Shown: in pieces, positions 16,830-26,284 of the stretch | Numbering within the stretch: position 1 is the stretch's first letter | How the letters are laid out: each line of letters begins with the position of its first letter | Origin: Candidatus Babeliales bacterium | GTDB lineage: Bacteria; Babelota; Babeliae; Babelales; JACPOV01 | Length of the DNA: 64,000 nucleotides | Assembly (NCBI GenBank): GCA_050250855.1 | Contig: JBFWNW010000002.1 | Span: forward strand, 192,001-256,000 | Direction of reading: 5' to 3' | The notes under the pieces: model-generated | Seen by the model: the letters and a program-made list of their open reading frames with translations, nothing else | Databases searched by the model: none | Told to the model about the DNA's origin: nothing | Program-made: the position numbers and the translations under genes

Positions 16830-19091
16830 TTACGCTGCCAGGCGGGGATATTTTTGCTTAAGTTGAGCGAGTGATCCCTGTGCAGCTTCACGTAAAGAAG
16901 CAGGCATTTTTTCATTTTTCACAAAAAGCTCGAGCATATCTTTTGCTTCAGTAGGTCTGCCAACGCGCTCAAGGCATGCAATCATGCGTAGTTCTAATTG
17001 AGGAACATTAAGGTTGAGGCGTTGTGCTTTTTCATACTGTTCCAGTGCGGCATCATGCTGCCCTAAGTTCATATAACATTCGCCAAGGTTATAGCAATGA
17101 ATACCGCTTGACGGTTGTACTTGTGCTAAGCGCTTGAAGTAGCCAGCTGCTTCTTGGTAGTTTTTGCTGAGCAGTAATACGTTGGCCATTTTATTTACAT
17201 AATCAAGAGAGCCAGGATTAAACATTAAAAGCTTTTGCATAGCAAAAAGAGCTTCATCATATTTTTTCATAGCAATAGCAGCATTTGCATAAACCTGGAA
17301 TCCTGCTTCATTATCAAGGTCACAACGCGTACAAGCAGTTCTGAAATGTTCAAGCGCAAGTTCATTATTACCGCGTTCCAGCGCAATCTTGCCAAGATTG
17401 TAATAGGCTTTGCCATAATGTGGGCGCAGTTGAACGGCGATGCCAAGTACTTTTTCAGCTTTTTCGAGTTCTTTTTGTTGAATAAAGAATGAAGCCAAAT
17501 TATTATACGCCTCAGGATAATACGGATGAATTCTAATAGCTTGTTGGAGCGTTTCAATAGCAAGCGTTAACTTATTGGTCATAGAATATGCAACAGCCAA
17601 ATTATTCCATGGATCTGGGTAGTTGCGGTCCATTTGAATAGCTTTTTTATATAAAGGAATAGAGCCTTGCAAATCTCCTTTTTCTGATAATGCTACGGCC
17701 AAGTTATTATAAGCGCGCGCTTTGCCAGGTGCATTTTCAATAATATTACTCCAAAATTCTTCACTTGAACGCCATACTTTATTGCGATCATACGTACTAA
17801 AACCCATAGGAAGTGCAAGAAGCATAATAGCAGCATACTGCGTTTGTGCATGCGTGAGCATTGGTTCTAATGCCATAATTTTAGGACTTACCATGGTAAT
17901 AAGTTTTACAATACCGCAGGCAATAACAAATAAGATTCCCACTGAAGCAAGATATGTTTTGTAATCTGCTAACAACTCAGAAGACGGGATAATGCTTGAG
18001 CGTGGCAGCACCGCAACAAAGAACCATAAAATACCAAATGCAATGATATTTGTTCTATTTTTACGCAATAAATAAATAGTAACCGCTGCAATGGCAAGTA
18101 ATACGCATAATGGTAAAATGCAATCTGGTGCAAAAAAGTGTGTAACGAGTTTCCAATCATATTCAACACTAATAGTAAATGGCCAGAAAAACATGAATAT
18201 ATAATGGAGCATTACTTTAAATTGTGAAATGAAAAAGTGTAATGGATAAATTTTTTGACCAGGTTCTTCTGTTAATAAATTACCAATGTTGTTGCGTGCT
18301 TCTAGTTTAAGGCCAATTAAATTAGTAAAAAAGCTTGGTTTATAAAAATGAATAAAAATTACAAAAATTATCAATGCAACGCCGGCATGTATTAAAAGAC
18401 GCTTTTTAAGATCTGCAAAATCTCCTTGGGCAACAAAAAACCAATCAATCATTAATAAAAGTAGTGGCGCTACAATAAAAATTTCTTTAGTGCCGGTTGC
18501 AAAAAAGGTAAGTACATATAATAATGCCGTGAGCAAAGCACGTGTTGTGCTTGATGTTACTTGGGTAAGCCATAAAAAGCACAAGCTCATAGCAACAACA
18601 AAAAGTCCTGCCAACCCTTCAAGGCGCCCTTGAATAATGTAGCTGATGGTTTGTGTTTGCACGGGATGAAGCATAAAAAGTGCTGCTGTGCAGAATGCGA
18701 TAGCAAAATCATACTGCTTGAAGAATGAATCTTTTTTAACTAAGTGAAGCAAGCTATATATTAAATAAAAAACCAAGATGCCGGCTATAATATGGAAGCT
18801 AATATTAAATAAGCGATAATAAAAAGGCTTAAACATACCCAAGCGATAATTAACGGCATTAAGCCAAAAGGGGATCCAGCGCGTGCTGGTGAAAAATGCT
18901 TGGTCAAACGTTAAGTGGCGAATGGAGAAATACTTTTGAATATTTGCTACATCATCAAACTGGAAATTATAATTGAGCGAAGGATAATAAAAAAGTCCTG
19001 TTAAAAAAGAAAGCACAACGGGAGGAATAATCCAATAAAGCCATGATGAAATTTTACCCGAACTGCTTTGTAGAATAGTTGTTTTTTCCAT
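16830..19091 (-). CDS. TMTC-like protein: multi-pass GT-C glycosyltransferase domain plus TPR repeats
   Basis: FQFDD motif, LFMLHPVQTQ, RNKVW, many TM helices, followed by multiple TPRs (AYNNLA...). Confidence 0.85.
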   Translation of the reverse strand: MEKTTILQSSSGKISSWLYWIIPPVVLSFLTGLFYYPSLNYNFQFDDVANIQKYFSIRHLTFDQAFFTSTRWIPFWLNAVNYRLGMFKPFYYRLFNISFHIIAGILVFYLIYSLLHLVKKDSFFKQYDFAIAFCTAALFMLHPVQTQTISYIIQGRLEGLAGLFVVAMSLCFLWLTQVTSSTTRALLTALLYVLTFFATGTKEIFIVAPLLLLMIDWFFVAQGDFADLKKRLLIHAGVALIIFVIFIHFYKPSFFTNLIGLKLEARNNIGNLLTEEPGQKIYPLHFFISQFKVMLHYIFMFFWPFTISVEYDWKLVTHFFAPDCILPLCVLLAIAAVTIYLLRKNRTNIIAFGILWFFVAVLPRSSIIPSSELLADYKTYLASVGILFVIACGIVKLITMVSPKIMALEPMLTHAQTQYAAIMLLALPMGFSTYDRNKVWRSSEEFWSNIIENAPGKARAYNNLAVALSEKGDLQGSIPLYKKAIQMDRNYPDPWNNLAVAYSMTNKLTLAIETLQQAIRIHPYYPEAYNNLASFFIQQKELEKAEKVLGIAVQLRPHYGKAYYNLGKIALERGNNELALEHFRTACTRCDLDNEAGFQVYANAAIAMKKYDEALFAMQKLLMFNPGSLDYVNKMANVLLLSKNYQEAAGYFKRLAQVQPSSGIHCYNLGECYMNLGQHDAALEQYEKAQRLNLNVPQLELRMIACLERVGRPTEAKDMLELFVKNEKMPASLREAAQGSLAQLKQKYPRLAA

Positions 19092-19247
19092 TGCATCTCC
19101 TTTTTGAGAATATGGATTATGTTTTTCTAATAGCTAAAGCTTAGTCTACTGAACTCATCAATCTTGTCGAGCTCTTTTTTTATAGCGCGTTTGACCTGAA
19201 TGGTTCTTTGTTTTACACTAAAAGAAGTTTTTTAAGGAATAAAAATT

Positions 19248-19949
19248 ATGATAAATCTTCGTTTAATTCAAGACGTTAATTGGTTGATCGCCGTTTTACT
19301 TGCCTACACTTTTAGCGCTACAACGGCCGGATATTTTCAAGCATGGGCTGCACGTAAACTGGGTGATTCTGCTCCAGAACAAGAAGGATTTTTGACCTGG
19401 TCACCTTTGGTGCACATAGATCCTCTTGGCGCATTCTGTTTATTATTTTTTGGCATAGGGTGGGGCAAATTTATGCCACTCCATCCAGAGCATCTGCGCA
19501 GTAAATTTCGCGTATTGTTGCTATTTTTAGCAAAGCCTGCTGCGTATATGGGTATTGCATTTTTTGCATTACTTTCCTTATTGCGCTTTTTTGGACTCCA
19601 TGCATTATCAGTTGTTTTATATATGATTAGCGCAGAATCAATGTCTCTGCGTCCCTTGGCAGAGTTGTATCCAACACATTCTTCATTTACATTAGCACTA
19701 GCGCTTATTCTTTTTATGTTGGTCTACATAGGGATTCTATTTGCAGTTCTTAATTTAATTATAGGATGTTTGCGTTTTTTAACCTTTACTTCACTCGAGC
19801 GCTATTTTAATCTACAGGAAGGTGATTTTGCTTCCTTACTTCTTTCTTTTTTGTTAATTTTATTATTAGCGCGTCCCTTAAAATTACTGGTTGTTTATAC
19901 AATCTATACACTGGCTTATTATGGAGCCCCTTTTATAGGAGCAATGTAA
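19248..19949 (+). CDS. Site-2 protease (M50)-like membrane protein lacking catalytic motifs
   Basis: AWAARKLGD...GFLTWSPLVHIDPLG...GWGK matches the M50 YwhC-like scaffold, but HExxH and NxxPxxxLDG are absent. Confidence 0.72.
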   Translation: MINLRLIQDVNWLIAVLLAYTFSATTAGYFQAWAARKLGDSAPEQEGFLTWSPLVHIDPLGAFCLLFFGIGWGKFMPLHPEHLRSKFRVLLLFLAKPAAYMGIAFFALLSLLRFFGLHALSVVLYMISAESMSLRPLAELYPTHSSFTLALALILFMLVYIGILFAVLNLIIGCLRFLTFTSLERYFNLQEGDFASLLLSFLLILLLARPLKLLVVYTIYTLAYYGAPFIGAM

Positions 19950-19950
19950 C

Positions 19951-21147
19951 GTGACTGACTATGAAAAGCAGTTTCAAACATTAAAAGCTGGCACTGCGCA
20001 GGTAGTTCCAGAAACTGAATTTTTGAAAAAATTAAAAAAAGGTAAAAAATTACGTATAAAACTTGGCATGGATCCCACAGCGCCAGATTTGCATTTGGGC
20101 CATGCAGTTGTGCTTTCTAAAATGCGTGAGTTTCAAGATTTAGGACATGAAGTAATTTTTTTAATTGGTGATTTTACAGCGCGTATCGGTGACCCAACAG
20201 GAAAATCAAAAACGCGTCCTCCTTTAACCGAAGAAGAAATTGCACGTAATACTGCCACCTATTTTGAACAAGTAAGTCGCATTTTAGATCCTAAAAAAGT
20301 TTCTATTCGCTTTAATGCAGAATGGCTTGATAAACTTTCTGCAAAAGATATTATCAACATAACTTCAAAAATTACGGTAGCGCAGCTTATTGAGCGTGAA
20401 GATTTTGCTAATCGTATCAAAAAGCATGAGCCTATTAGTTTTCATGAACTGTTGTATCCTCTTTGCCAGGCGTATGATTCTGTAGAATTAAAAGCAGATG
20501 TTGAACTTGGTGGTACTGACCAAACATTTAATTTATTAATGGGGCGCGATTTGCAAGAACGCTTTGGGCAAGAGGGGCAAGTTATTATGACGCTGCCAAT
20601 TTTAGAGGGGCTTGATGGCGTACAAAAAATGTCAAAATCATTGGGCAATTATGTTGGTCTTGCAGAACAGGCTTCACAAGCATTTGGTAAATTGATGTCA
20701 ATGCCCGATAGTATAATGTGGCGTTATTTAAAATTGTTACTTGCAATGCCAGATGCAGAAGTTAGCCGCTTGCAAGAGCAAGTTGCTGCTGGTACTACGC
20801 ATCCCATGGCACTCAAAAAGAAAATGGCGCATGATATTATTGCAAAATTTTGGTCACCAGATCAGGCAGTTGAAGCTGAACGCCAATTTGAAGCGGTATT
20901 TCAGCAGCGTGATTATTCAAAAGCAACAGAATTTGTTATGCCGGCAGATTCACCAAACCCGATCTGGATTATTGAGCTTATGAAACTACTCGGCACTATA
21001 GATTCATCTTCACAAGGCCGCCGATTAGTGCAAGAAGGTGCTGTAAAAATTGATGAGAAAAAAGTAGCTGATGTACAAGAAAAAATTCATTGGCGCACTG
21101 GCATGCAGGTAAAGATTGGGAAACATCATATTTTTAAACTGATGTGA
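19951..21147 (+). CDS. tyrS: Tyrosine--tRNA ligase
   Basis: GMDPTAPDLHLGH, GGTDQTFN, KMSKS, C-terminal S4 domain; GTG start. Confidence 0.97.
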   Translation: MTDYEKQFQTLKAGTAQVVPETEFLKKLKKGKKLRIKLGMDPTAPDLHLGHAVVLSKMREFQDLGHEVIFLIGDFTARIGDPTGKSKTRPPLTEEEIARNTATYFEQVSRILDPKKVSIRFNAEWLDKLSAKDIINITSKITVAQLIEREDFANRIKKHEPISFHELLYPLCQAYDSVELKADVELGGTDQTFNLLMGRDLQERFGQEGQVIMTLPILEGLDGVQKMSKSLGNYVGLAEQASQAFGKLMSMPDSIMWRYLKLLLAMPDAEVSRLQEQVAAGTTHPMALKKKMAHDIIAKFWSPDQAVEAERQFEAVFQQRDYSKATEFVMPADSPNPIWIIELMKLLGTIDSSSQGRRLVQEGAVKIDEKKVADVQEKIHWRTGMQVKIGKHHIFKLM

Positions 21148-21365
21148 TTCTTGCTACTTTTTTTTAATTCATGCTAGGATGACAAAGATAGTTTCACACT
21201 CATAACCCAAAGGAGATAGTGTTATGAAATTTTTCCGTAGTTTATCCTTTATTGCCTTTTTGGCAGTAGCTTGTGTTCATGCAGGAGAAGCACAAAGACT
21301 TTCTGGTGAATTAAAACAATTGGATATGCAACTTGATGGCTTGACCCAGTCTCTTAATAAATTGG
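21140..21365 (+). repeat. Duplicated promoter + RBS + N-terminal coding block (second copy ~22067-22293)
   Basis: tgatgtgattcttgc...cataacccaaaggagatagtgttatgaaatttttccgtagtttatc nearly identical in both copies. Confidence 0.92.
21151..21180 (+). promoter_or_regulatory. Putative sigma70 promoter, duplicated at 22078-22107
   Basis: TTGCTA-18 bp-TAGGAT with extended -10 TG, conserved in both copies, followed by GGAG RBS. Confidence 0.55.
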
Positions 21366-21946
21366 GAGAGGTGAAGTCAGAGCCTAAGAAAGCACCAAGA
21401 AATGTTTTTGAGCCTAAGCAACAAGTTATATTAAATGTAGAAAAACTACATTATATAATTTCATCTGAAGCTACTAAGTCATTGCTTGATGTTTTCCGTC
21501 AAGGATTAGCTGTGAATCCAATGCTAGCTTGGACTGATTTAAATAACATTCAAGCATCTGATAATTATGAAAAACCTATTGTTTTGATTCAAGCAATGGG
21601 AGATAAAAATGCATTATTTACACCTGCGCATAGTGGTGGATATTCTGCTATAACAGAAAAAATATTAGATGTTAATCATAAGACAAAAAAACCTATTTTT
21701 ATTATTTTGTCATCTAAAATTCCTGCAATTCAATCTAATGTTGAATGGTTTAAAAAAACACTTGCAGATCAGCTTAACGAACAAGATCATAAGAGCTTTG
21801 TAGCGAATGGAGGCACTATTTACTTCTTTACAACTAATGATGCTTTTTCAGAAATAATTAATTTTATGGATAATAACAGTTTCACAGATTATAATCAAAA
21901 GCAATTTAATGAAATTCATCAGCAGCTTAAATCAGAAGTATTATAA
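21224..21946 (+). CDS. Secreted hypothetical protein (signal + coiled coil + variable domain)
   Basis: MKFFRSLSFIAFLAVACVHA signal; LSGELKQLDMQLDGL heptads. Confidence 0.8.
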   Translation: MKFFRSLSFIAFLAVACVHAGEAQRLSGELKQLDMQLDGLTQSLNKLGEVKSEPKKAPRNVFEPKQQVILNVEKLHYIISSEATKSLLDVFRQGLAVNPMLAWTDLNNIQASDNYEKPIVLIQAMGDKNALFTPAHSGGYSAITEKILDVNHKTKKPIFIILSSKIPAIQSNVEWFKKTLADQLNEQDHKSFVANGGTIYFFTTNDAFSEIINFMDNNSFTDYNQKQFNEIHQQLKSEVL

Positions 21947-21970
21947 AATTAAGATCTTTTATTTTATGTC

Positions 21971-22002
21971 AATGGGACCCCTACTAGGTCCCATTTTTTT
22001 TT
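21971..22002 (+). terminator. Rho-independent terminator
   Basis: aatgggacc-cctacta-ggtcccatt followed by T run. Confidence 0.8.
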
Positions 22003-22151
22003 CTAGATAAAGGTTCTTTTTTCATTTTTTGTATTAAAACTTACCAGAGATTTTTATAGCAGGAATTGATGTGATTCTTGCAACTTTTTTTTAATTCATG
22101 CTAGGATGACAAAAGATAGTTTCACACTCATAACCCAAAGGAGATAGTGTT

Positions 22152-22892
22152 ATGAAATTTTTCCGTAGTTTATCTTTTATTGTTTTTCTGGCAACTGCCT
22201 GCGCTCATGCTGGTGAAGCACAAAGACTTTCTGGTGAATTAAAAAATTTAAATATGCAATTGGATGGCTTGAATGATTCTCTTGGCAAATTAGGTATGAT
22301 GCCAACTAGAACGCCAAAAGAAGAGCCAAAAGAAAAGTCTGCATATGAACGACAAATGGAGCTAGAAAGAGAGAGAGAAGAAAGAGAAAGTAAAAAAGAA
22401 GTGGCAGTTTTGGCTACACAAGCAGATCAACAATCAGCAACCGATATTGTTAAACAATTGCCGGATTTAAAAATTCAATTTAACGCATCTCCTAAATCTG
22501 TAATACCTCCTCATCTTGCTAATAATAAAGATTATGCTTTAGTTTTTTTATTTGATAAAGATGTTCCGTATATTCAAGAAGAAGAACATGAACAACAAAA
22601 AGCAACTATTGCAGCTGTAGTTGAACATTTTAAAAAGAATTATAAAGATTTGATAGAGAAATCTGCAAGTAGTATAACAAATCCTATATATGTTTTCTTT
22701 AGTGACAGAGTTTCTCAGCTCTATTCTTCAAATCTAGAAAGAGCATTGAAGAATGATTTAGAATTAGGAAAAATATTTACTCCAAAAAGACTAGAGCATT
22801 TTCAAATAATTACCCCAGAAGGGGGCAATTATAAGCTTAGTCAAAATGCGGTGCAAACTATATACAGTTTTGTACAGCAGTTTGAAAAATAA
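22152..22892 (+). CDS. Secreted hypothetical protein, paralog of 21224-21946 (N-terminus only)
   Basis: First ~47 aa highly similar, remainder not alignable by eye. Confidence 0.8.
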   Translation: MKFFRSLSFIVFLATACAHAGEAQRLSGELKNLNMQLDGLNDSLGKLGMMPTRTPKEEPKEKSAYERQMELEREREERESKKEVAVLATQADQQSATDIVKQLPDLKIQFNASPKSVIPPHLANNKDYALVFLFDKDVPYIQEEEHEQQKATIAAVVEHFKKNYKDLIEKSASSITNPIYVFFSDRVSQLYSSNLERALKNDLELGKIFTPKRLEHFQIITPEGGNYKLSQNAVQTIYSFVQQFEK

Positions 22893-22912
22893 AATTAATT
22901 TTTATTTTTACT

Positions 22913-22938
22913 AAAAGGAGCCTATACAGGCCCCTTTT
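22913..22938 (+). terminator. Probable terminator
   Basis: aaaaggagcct-atac-aggcccctttt hairpin. Confidence 0.6.
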
Positions 22939-22956
22939 AACCTCTAGGGGAATAGT

Positions 22957-24078
22957 ATGAAAAAACTTCTTCTCTTTTTATCAATAACTTCTCTTTATGC
23001 AGCGGAAATGCCGGATATTTCTGGTTTGCAGCAAGAACTGAATACATTAAATAATGAACTTGGAAATTTATCACAAAAATTGCAAGTAACGCAGCAATCA
23101 CGGTTTGCTCCACCTCCAATAATTCAACCAGCGCCAACTGGTGGTTCTGAAAAACCAGCGCCAAGCGGCCAACCTGGCCCGCAAAGAGGGGGGCAGCAGC
23201 AAGCGATGCCGGTTATTTATAATGATGAGAGTTATTTTAACCAAAAATTTCCTGAGTTAGCACAACAAGTTGGATTGCAAAACTATACAGGCTATAATAT
23301 TACCAATATAGCAAATGTTCCTAATTCAGATAAAGCAATAATACTTATTAATGCACAGAACAATTATGCTGTAGGATCTGCACTTACTAAACAAGTAGTT
23401 GCAGAGATTACGAAAAAAATCAAATATCCTATTGCTATCGGTATTTCAAATCAATCTTTTGACCCAGCTTGGTTATCAGACCGCATAAAAGAAGGAAAAG
23501 TCCTTATCGTTGATACAAACAATTTTAGCCAAGATAATAAAAATGAAATTTCTTATTATGTTCACAAACCATTAGTATCTACAGGCTCAATTCCCGTTTA
23601 TTTTTCGTTTCTTGGAGAGTATGAAGCTATGAAAATATTAAAACAATTAGTGCCGGGTATTGAGAAAAATTTGGGAAATTTTGTTGAAATAGAATCAGGA
23701 ACAAAAGCGCCAGCTGTAAACTTTACTCAAGCACAAAAAGGTATTTATATTGGAAAGATTAGAACTCGCGGCGCTGACCATGCGCTACATACTAATACCC
23801 CAAGCAGATTAAATAACTTTATTAATGCATATCAAACACCAATTGCTATTGTTATATACGCCGGAGCAGGTGAATTTAATGTTGAACTAGGTAATATTAA
23901 AGATATAGCAAAGAAAATATTAGAAGAAGGTCTTAAAGCAAAAGGAATCCTATCTATAACTCAAAATTTCGAAAACTTTCATGGTTTTGCTTTTGAATTA
24001 GACAAGGGCAATGTAGTAACAAGTCCTTCATATGCTAAAACAAGAATTGAAGAGCTCAAAAAACTTTTGGGTAACTAA
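22957..24078 (+). CDS. Secreted hypothetical protein (signal + coiled coil + P/Q/G linker)
   Basis: Signal ending LYA; EMPDISGLQQELNTLNNELG. Confidence 0.8.
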   Translation: MKKLLLFLSITSLYAAEMPDISGLQQELNTLNNELGNLSQKLQVTQQSRFAPPPIIQPAPTGGSEKPAPSGQPGPQRGGQQQAMPVIYNDESYFNQKFPELAQQVGLQNYTGYNITNIANVPNSDKAIILINAQNNYAVGSALTKQVVAEITKKIKYPIAIGISNQSFDPAWLSDRIKEGKVLIVDTNNFSQDNKNEISYYVHKPLVSTGSIPVYFSFLGEYEAMKILKQLVPGIEKNLGNFVEIESGTKAPAVNFTQAQKGIYIGKIRTRGADHALHTNTPSRLNNFINAYQTPIAIVIYAGAGEFNVELGNIKDIAKKILEEGLKAKGILSITQNFENFHGFAFELDKGNVVTSPSYAKTRIEELKKLLGN

Positions 24079-24086
24079 TTTCTAGA

Positions 24087-24127
24087 GAGGGATGAAGAAG
24101 CCTTTTTTCATCCCCCCGCCATTTTTT
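24087..24127 (+). terminator. Probable terminator
   Basis: gggatgaagaag...ttttttcatccc hairpin with T run. Confidence 0.55.
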
Positions 24128-24138
24128 GAAAGGTACGT

Positions 24139-24837
24139 ATGAAAAAACTTTTGCTTTTCTTTTCTCTTTTTTCTTTGCATGCAGCAGAAATGCCGAATAT
24201 TTCTGGTTTGCAGCAAGAGCTGAATACATTAAATAATGAACTTGGAAAATTATCAAAAAAATTAGAGGCAACGCAGCATCCGCAGGTTACTCCGCCGCCA
24301 ACAGGTCACCTAGGTCCTAAAGGAGGTCAGCAGCAAAAAATTCAAGTGCTGTTTCACGGCACCGATATAAATAATGCTCAAACATTTTTTAACCAGTTTG
24401 GCTTGCAGGGTAACTTTGAGTTTCTAAAATTACAAGATAATCTTAATATTATACAACCTGCACAAAAGGGTATTATATTGGTAAATTTTTCGGCAGGAAG
24501 GCAAAGAAATGTATTACCTTTAGAGCAAGATTTAAAAAAGAGTATAGATTTCTTTGATCAGCCTATTATTATTATGGTAAAACCAGGAACTGCTCAAAAT
24601 CTGCAGCCATACGATGGCCCTGTGGCAAAAATTGCACAAGAAAAGATTGCGGATACTGATAGCTCAAAATATTCTGACCAAGAAAATAAAAAAAGAATGG
24701 AAGAGGCATTAAAAAATCCAAAAGTAGCAAATATTAAAGGCTTTGGCTTTTGGTATACTCCTGACTTTACTATAATCAAGCAAGAAGATGATGCATATCA
24801 AAATAAAATCGATCAGCTCAAAAAACTTCTGCAGTAA
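24139..24837 (+). CDS. Secreted hypothetical protein, paralog of 22957-24078
   Basis: Shares EMPxISGLQQELNTLNNELG, GPxGGQQQ, AQKGI and C-terminal IxxLKKLL. Confidence 0.8.
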   Translation: MKKLLLFFSLFSLHAAEMPNISGLQQELNTLNNELGKLSKKLEATQHPQVTPPPTGHLGPKGGQQQKIQVLFHGTDINNAQTFFNQFGLQGNFEFLKLQDNLNIIQPAQKGIILVNFSAGRQRNVLPLEQDLKKSIDFFDQPIIIMVKPGTAQNLQPYDGPVAKIAQEKIADTDSSKYSDQENKKRMEEALKNPKVANIKGFGFWYTPDFTIIKQEDDAYQNKIDQLKKLLQ

Positions 24838-25516
24838 TCTCTGAATGATTTTTTGTAGCCTGCGTTATGTGCAAAAAATTCTCCACCGCATCCATATGTT
24901 TTTTTAATTCTTGCGCATCCGTTTCAAACTCTTTATTGCAATCAAGTACTAAAACAGGAACTTCTTTTAATTCTGGTAAAATTCCCGATTTTTCTATTAA
25001 AAAGCTTTCATGATGCTCATGAATTTGCTGCAAATAGGCAAAGGTAATCTTTTTTTCTGCCAGGCGGTTACGCTTTTTAATGCGCTTGTAAGCAACTTCC
25101 GGGTCTGTCTGTAAATAAATAAATCCCTGCGGCGCTTTGCATTTTTGTGGAATTAAAAAATTGAACCACTGGTTATACAGTTCCCATTCAAGATCACTCA
25201 TAAAACCATGTTTGTAACCATTGAGCGAAAAGCAATAATGCCCAGAATAGATAGAACGTTCAATAACATGGTGAGGATTGGGATGTTCTTGATCTTTTAA
25301 GTGCTCTTTAACGCGGCACATCATGGCAAATGTTTCTAAACTATAAGACCAGCGTTGTGGGTTTTGATAAAAATTAGCAAGCAACGATTGCCCGTATACT
25401 TTTTTCTGCCAATTATGCAGCGGCTCTTGCGCAATATTTACATAAGGAAGATGCTGTGCAATAAGGTTCAAAAATGTTGATTTTCCCGCGCCAATGTTGC
25501 CTTCAAGAATATACAT
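24818..25516 (-). CDS. Deoxynucleoside kinase (dNK family)
   Basis: LEGNIGAGKST P-loop, ERSIYS, IYLQTDPE, RIKKRNR lid. Confidence 0.92.
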   Translation of the reverse strand: MYILEGNIGAGKSTFLNLIAQHLPYVNIAQEPLHNWQKKVYGQSLLANFYQNPQRWSYSLETFAMMCRVKEHLKDQEHPNPHHVIERSIYSGHYCFSLNGYKHGFMSDLEWELYNQWFNFLIPQKCKAPQGFIYLQTDPEVAYKRIKKRNRLAEKKITFAYLQQIHEHHESFLIEKSGILPELKEVPVLVLDCNKEFETDAQELKKHMDAVENFLHITQATKNHSEITAEVF

Positions 25517-25587
25517 AAAAATCCCTGGAGTTTAATATTTAAGTGTTTTTAGTATAAGGATTTTTAAAGAATTGTTAATGAAAAATG

Positions 25588-26142
25588 TTACTTTTTTACC
25601 ACCGCAATGCGTTGCTCAATTTTTTTTGGCTCTGCCTTCTGAAAAGTAATAGTTAAGGTATCATGCTCATATTCTGCTTTGATATCCTCAAACTGAATTT
25701 CTGCTGGTAAAGCTTGGCGTACTACTGATGAGCCGTAGCTGTAATAGCTTGCAACCTGTTTTCCATCTTCAGTCTTTTCTTCTTTTTGTTCATGCTTACG
25801 TTCATACGCGATGGTAAAAGGGGTTACTACTATTTCTAAAAAACCATGTGCTCCAGGTACCGTAATACGAACATATTCCTCTTTTTGTTCGAGTACTTTT
25901 TTAATGTCTATTTTTTCATGGTCAATGTCGGGAGCTTTAATACTTAAAGAAAGCGTTGCGTCATCAAGGCGAATGTACGGAGCATTATCTGCTTTTGGTT
26001 GTGTAAAAAGATCTTTCATAAGATCTTCAATTTCATGATGAATGCGCATGCAGCGTGTATTAAAACTATCAAAATCATGAGCACAGGTTACTGATGGTGC
26101 TAAAAAAAGAAAAGCAAATACAGAAAGGCTTTGTTTGAGCAT
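25588..26142 (-). CDS. Hsp20/alpha-crystallin family protein with N-terminal signal peptide
   Basis: YGSSVVRQALP...IKAEYEHDTLTITF and C-terminal IAV (IxI/V) motif; hydrophobic N-terminus ending VTCA. Confidence 0.75.
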   Translation of the reverse strand: MLKQSLSVFAFLFLAPSVTCAHDFDSFNTRCMRIHHEIEDLMKDLFTQPKADNAPYIRLDDATLSLSIKAPDIDHEKIDIKKVLEQKEEYVRITVPGAHGFLEIVVTPFTIAYERKHEQKEEKTEDGKQVASYYSYGSSVVRQALPAEIQFEDIKAEYEHDTLTITFQKAEPKKIEQRIAVVKK

Positions 26143-26284
26143 AAAAGGCCTCCGGTTTTAGATATATTAGATTAATCGTTTATAGTTCGATTATAGTGAA
26201 AATAGTGCTATATTTCAATAGTTTTTGGTTTCTTATTATTGCATTCTCCTCTATACTATTTGTAAACCTTTAGAGAGGAATAGC

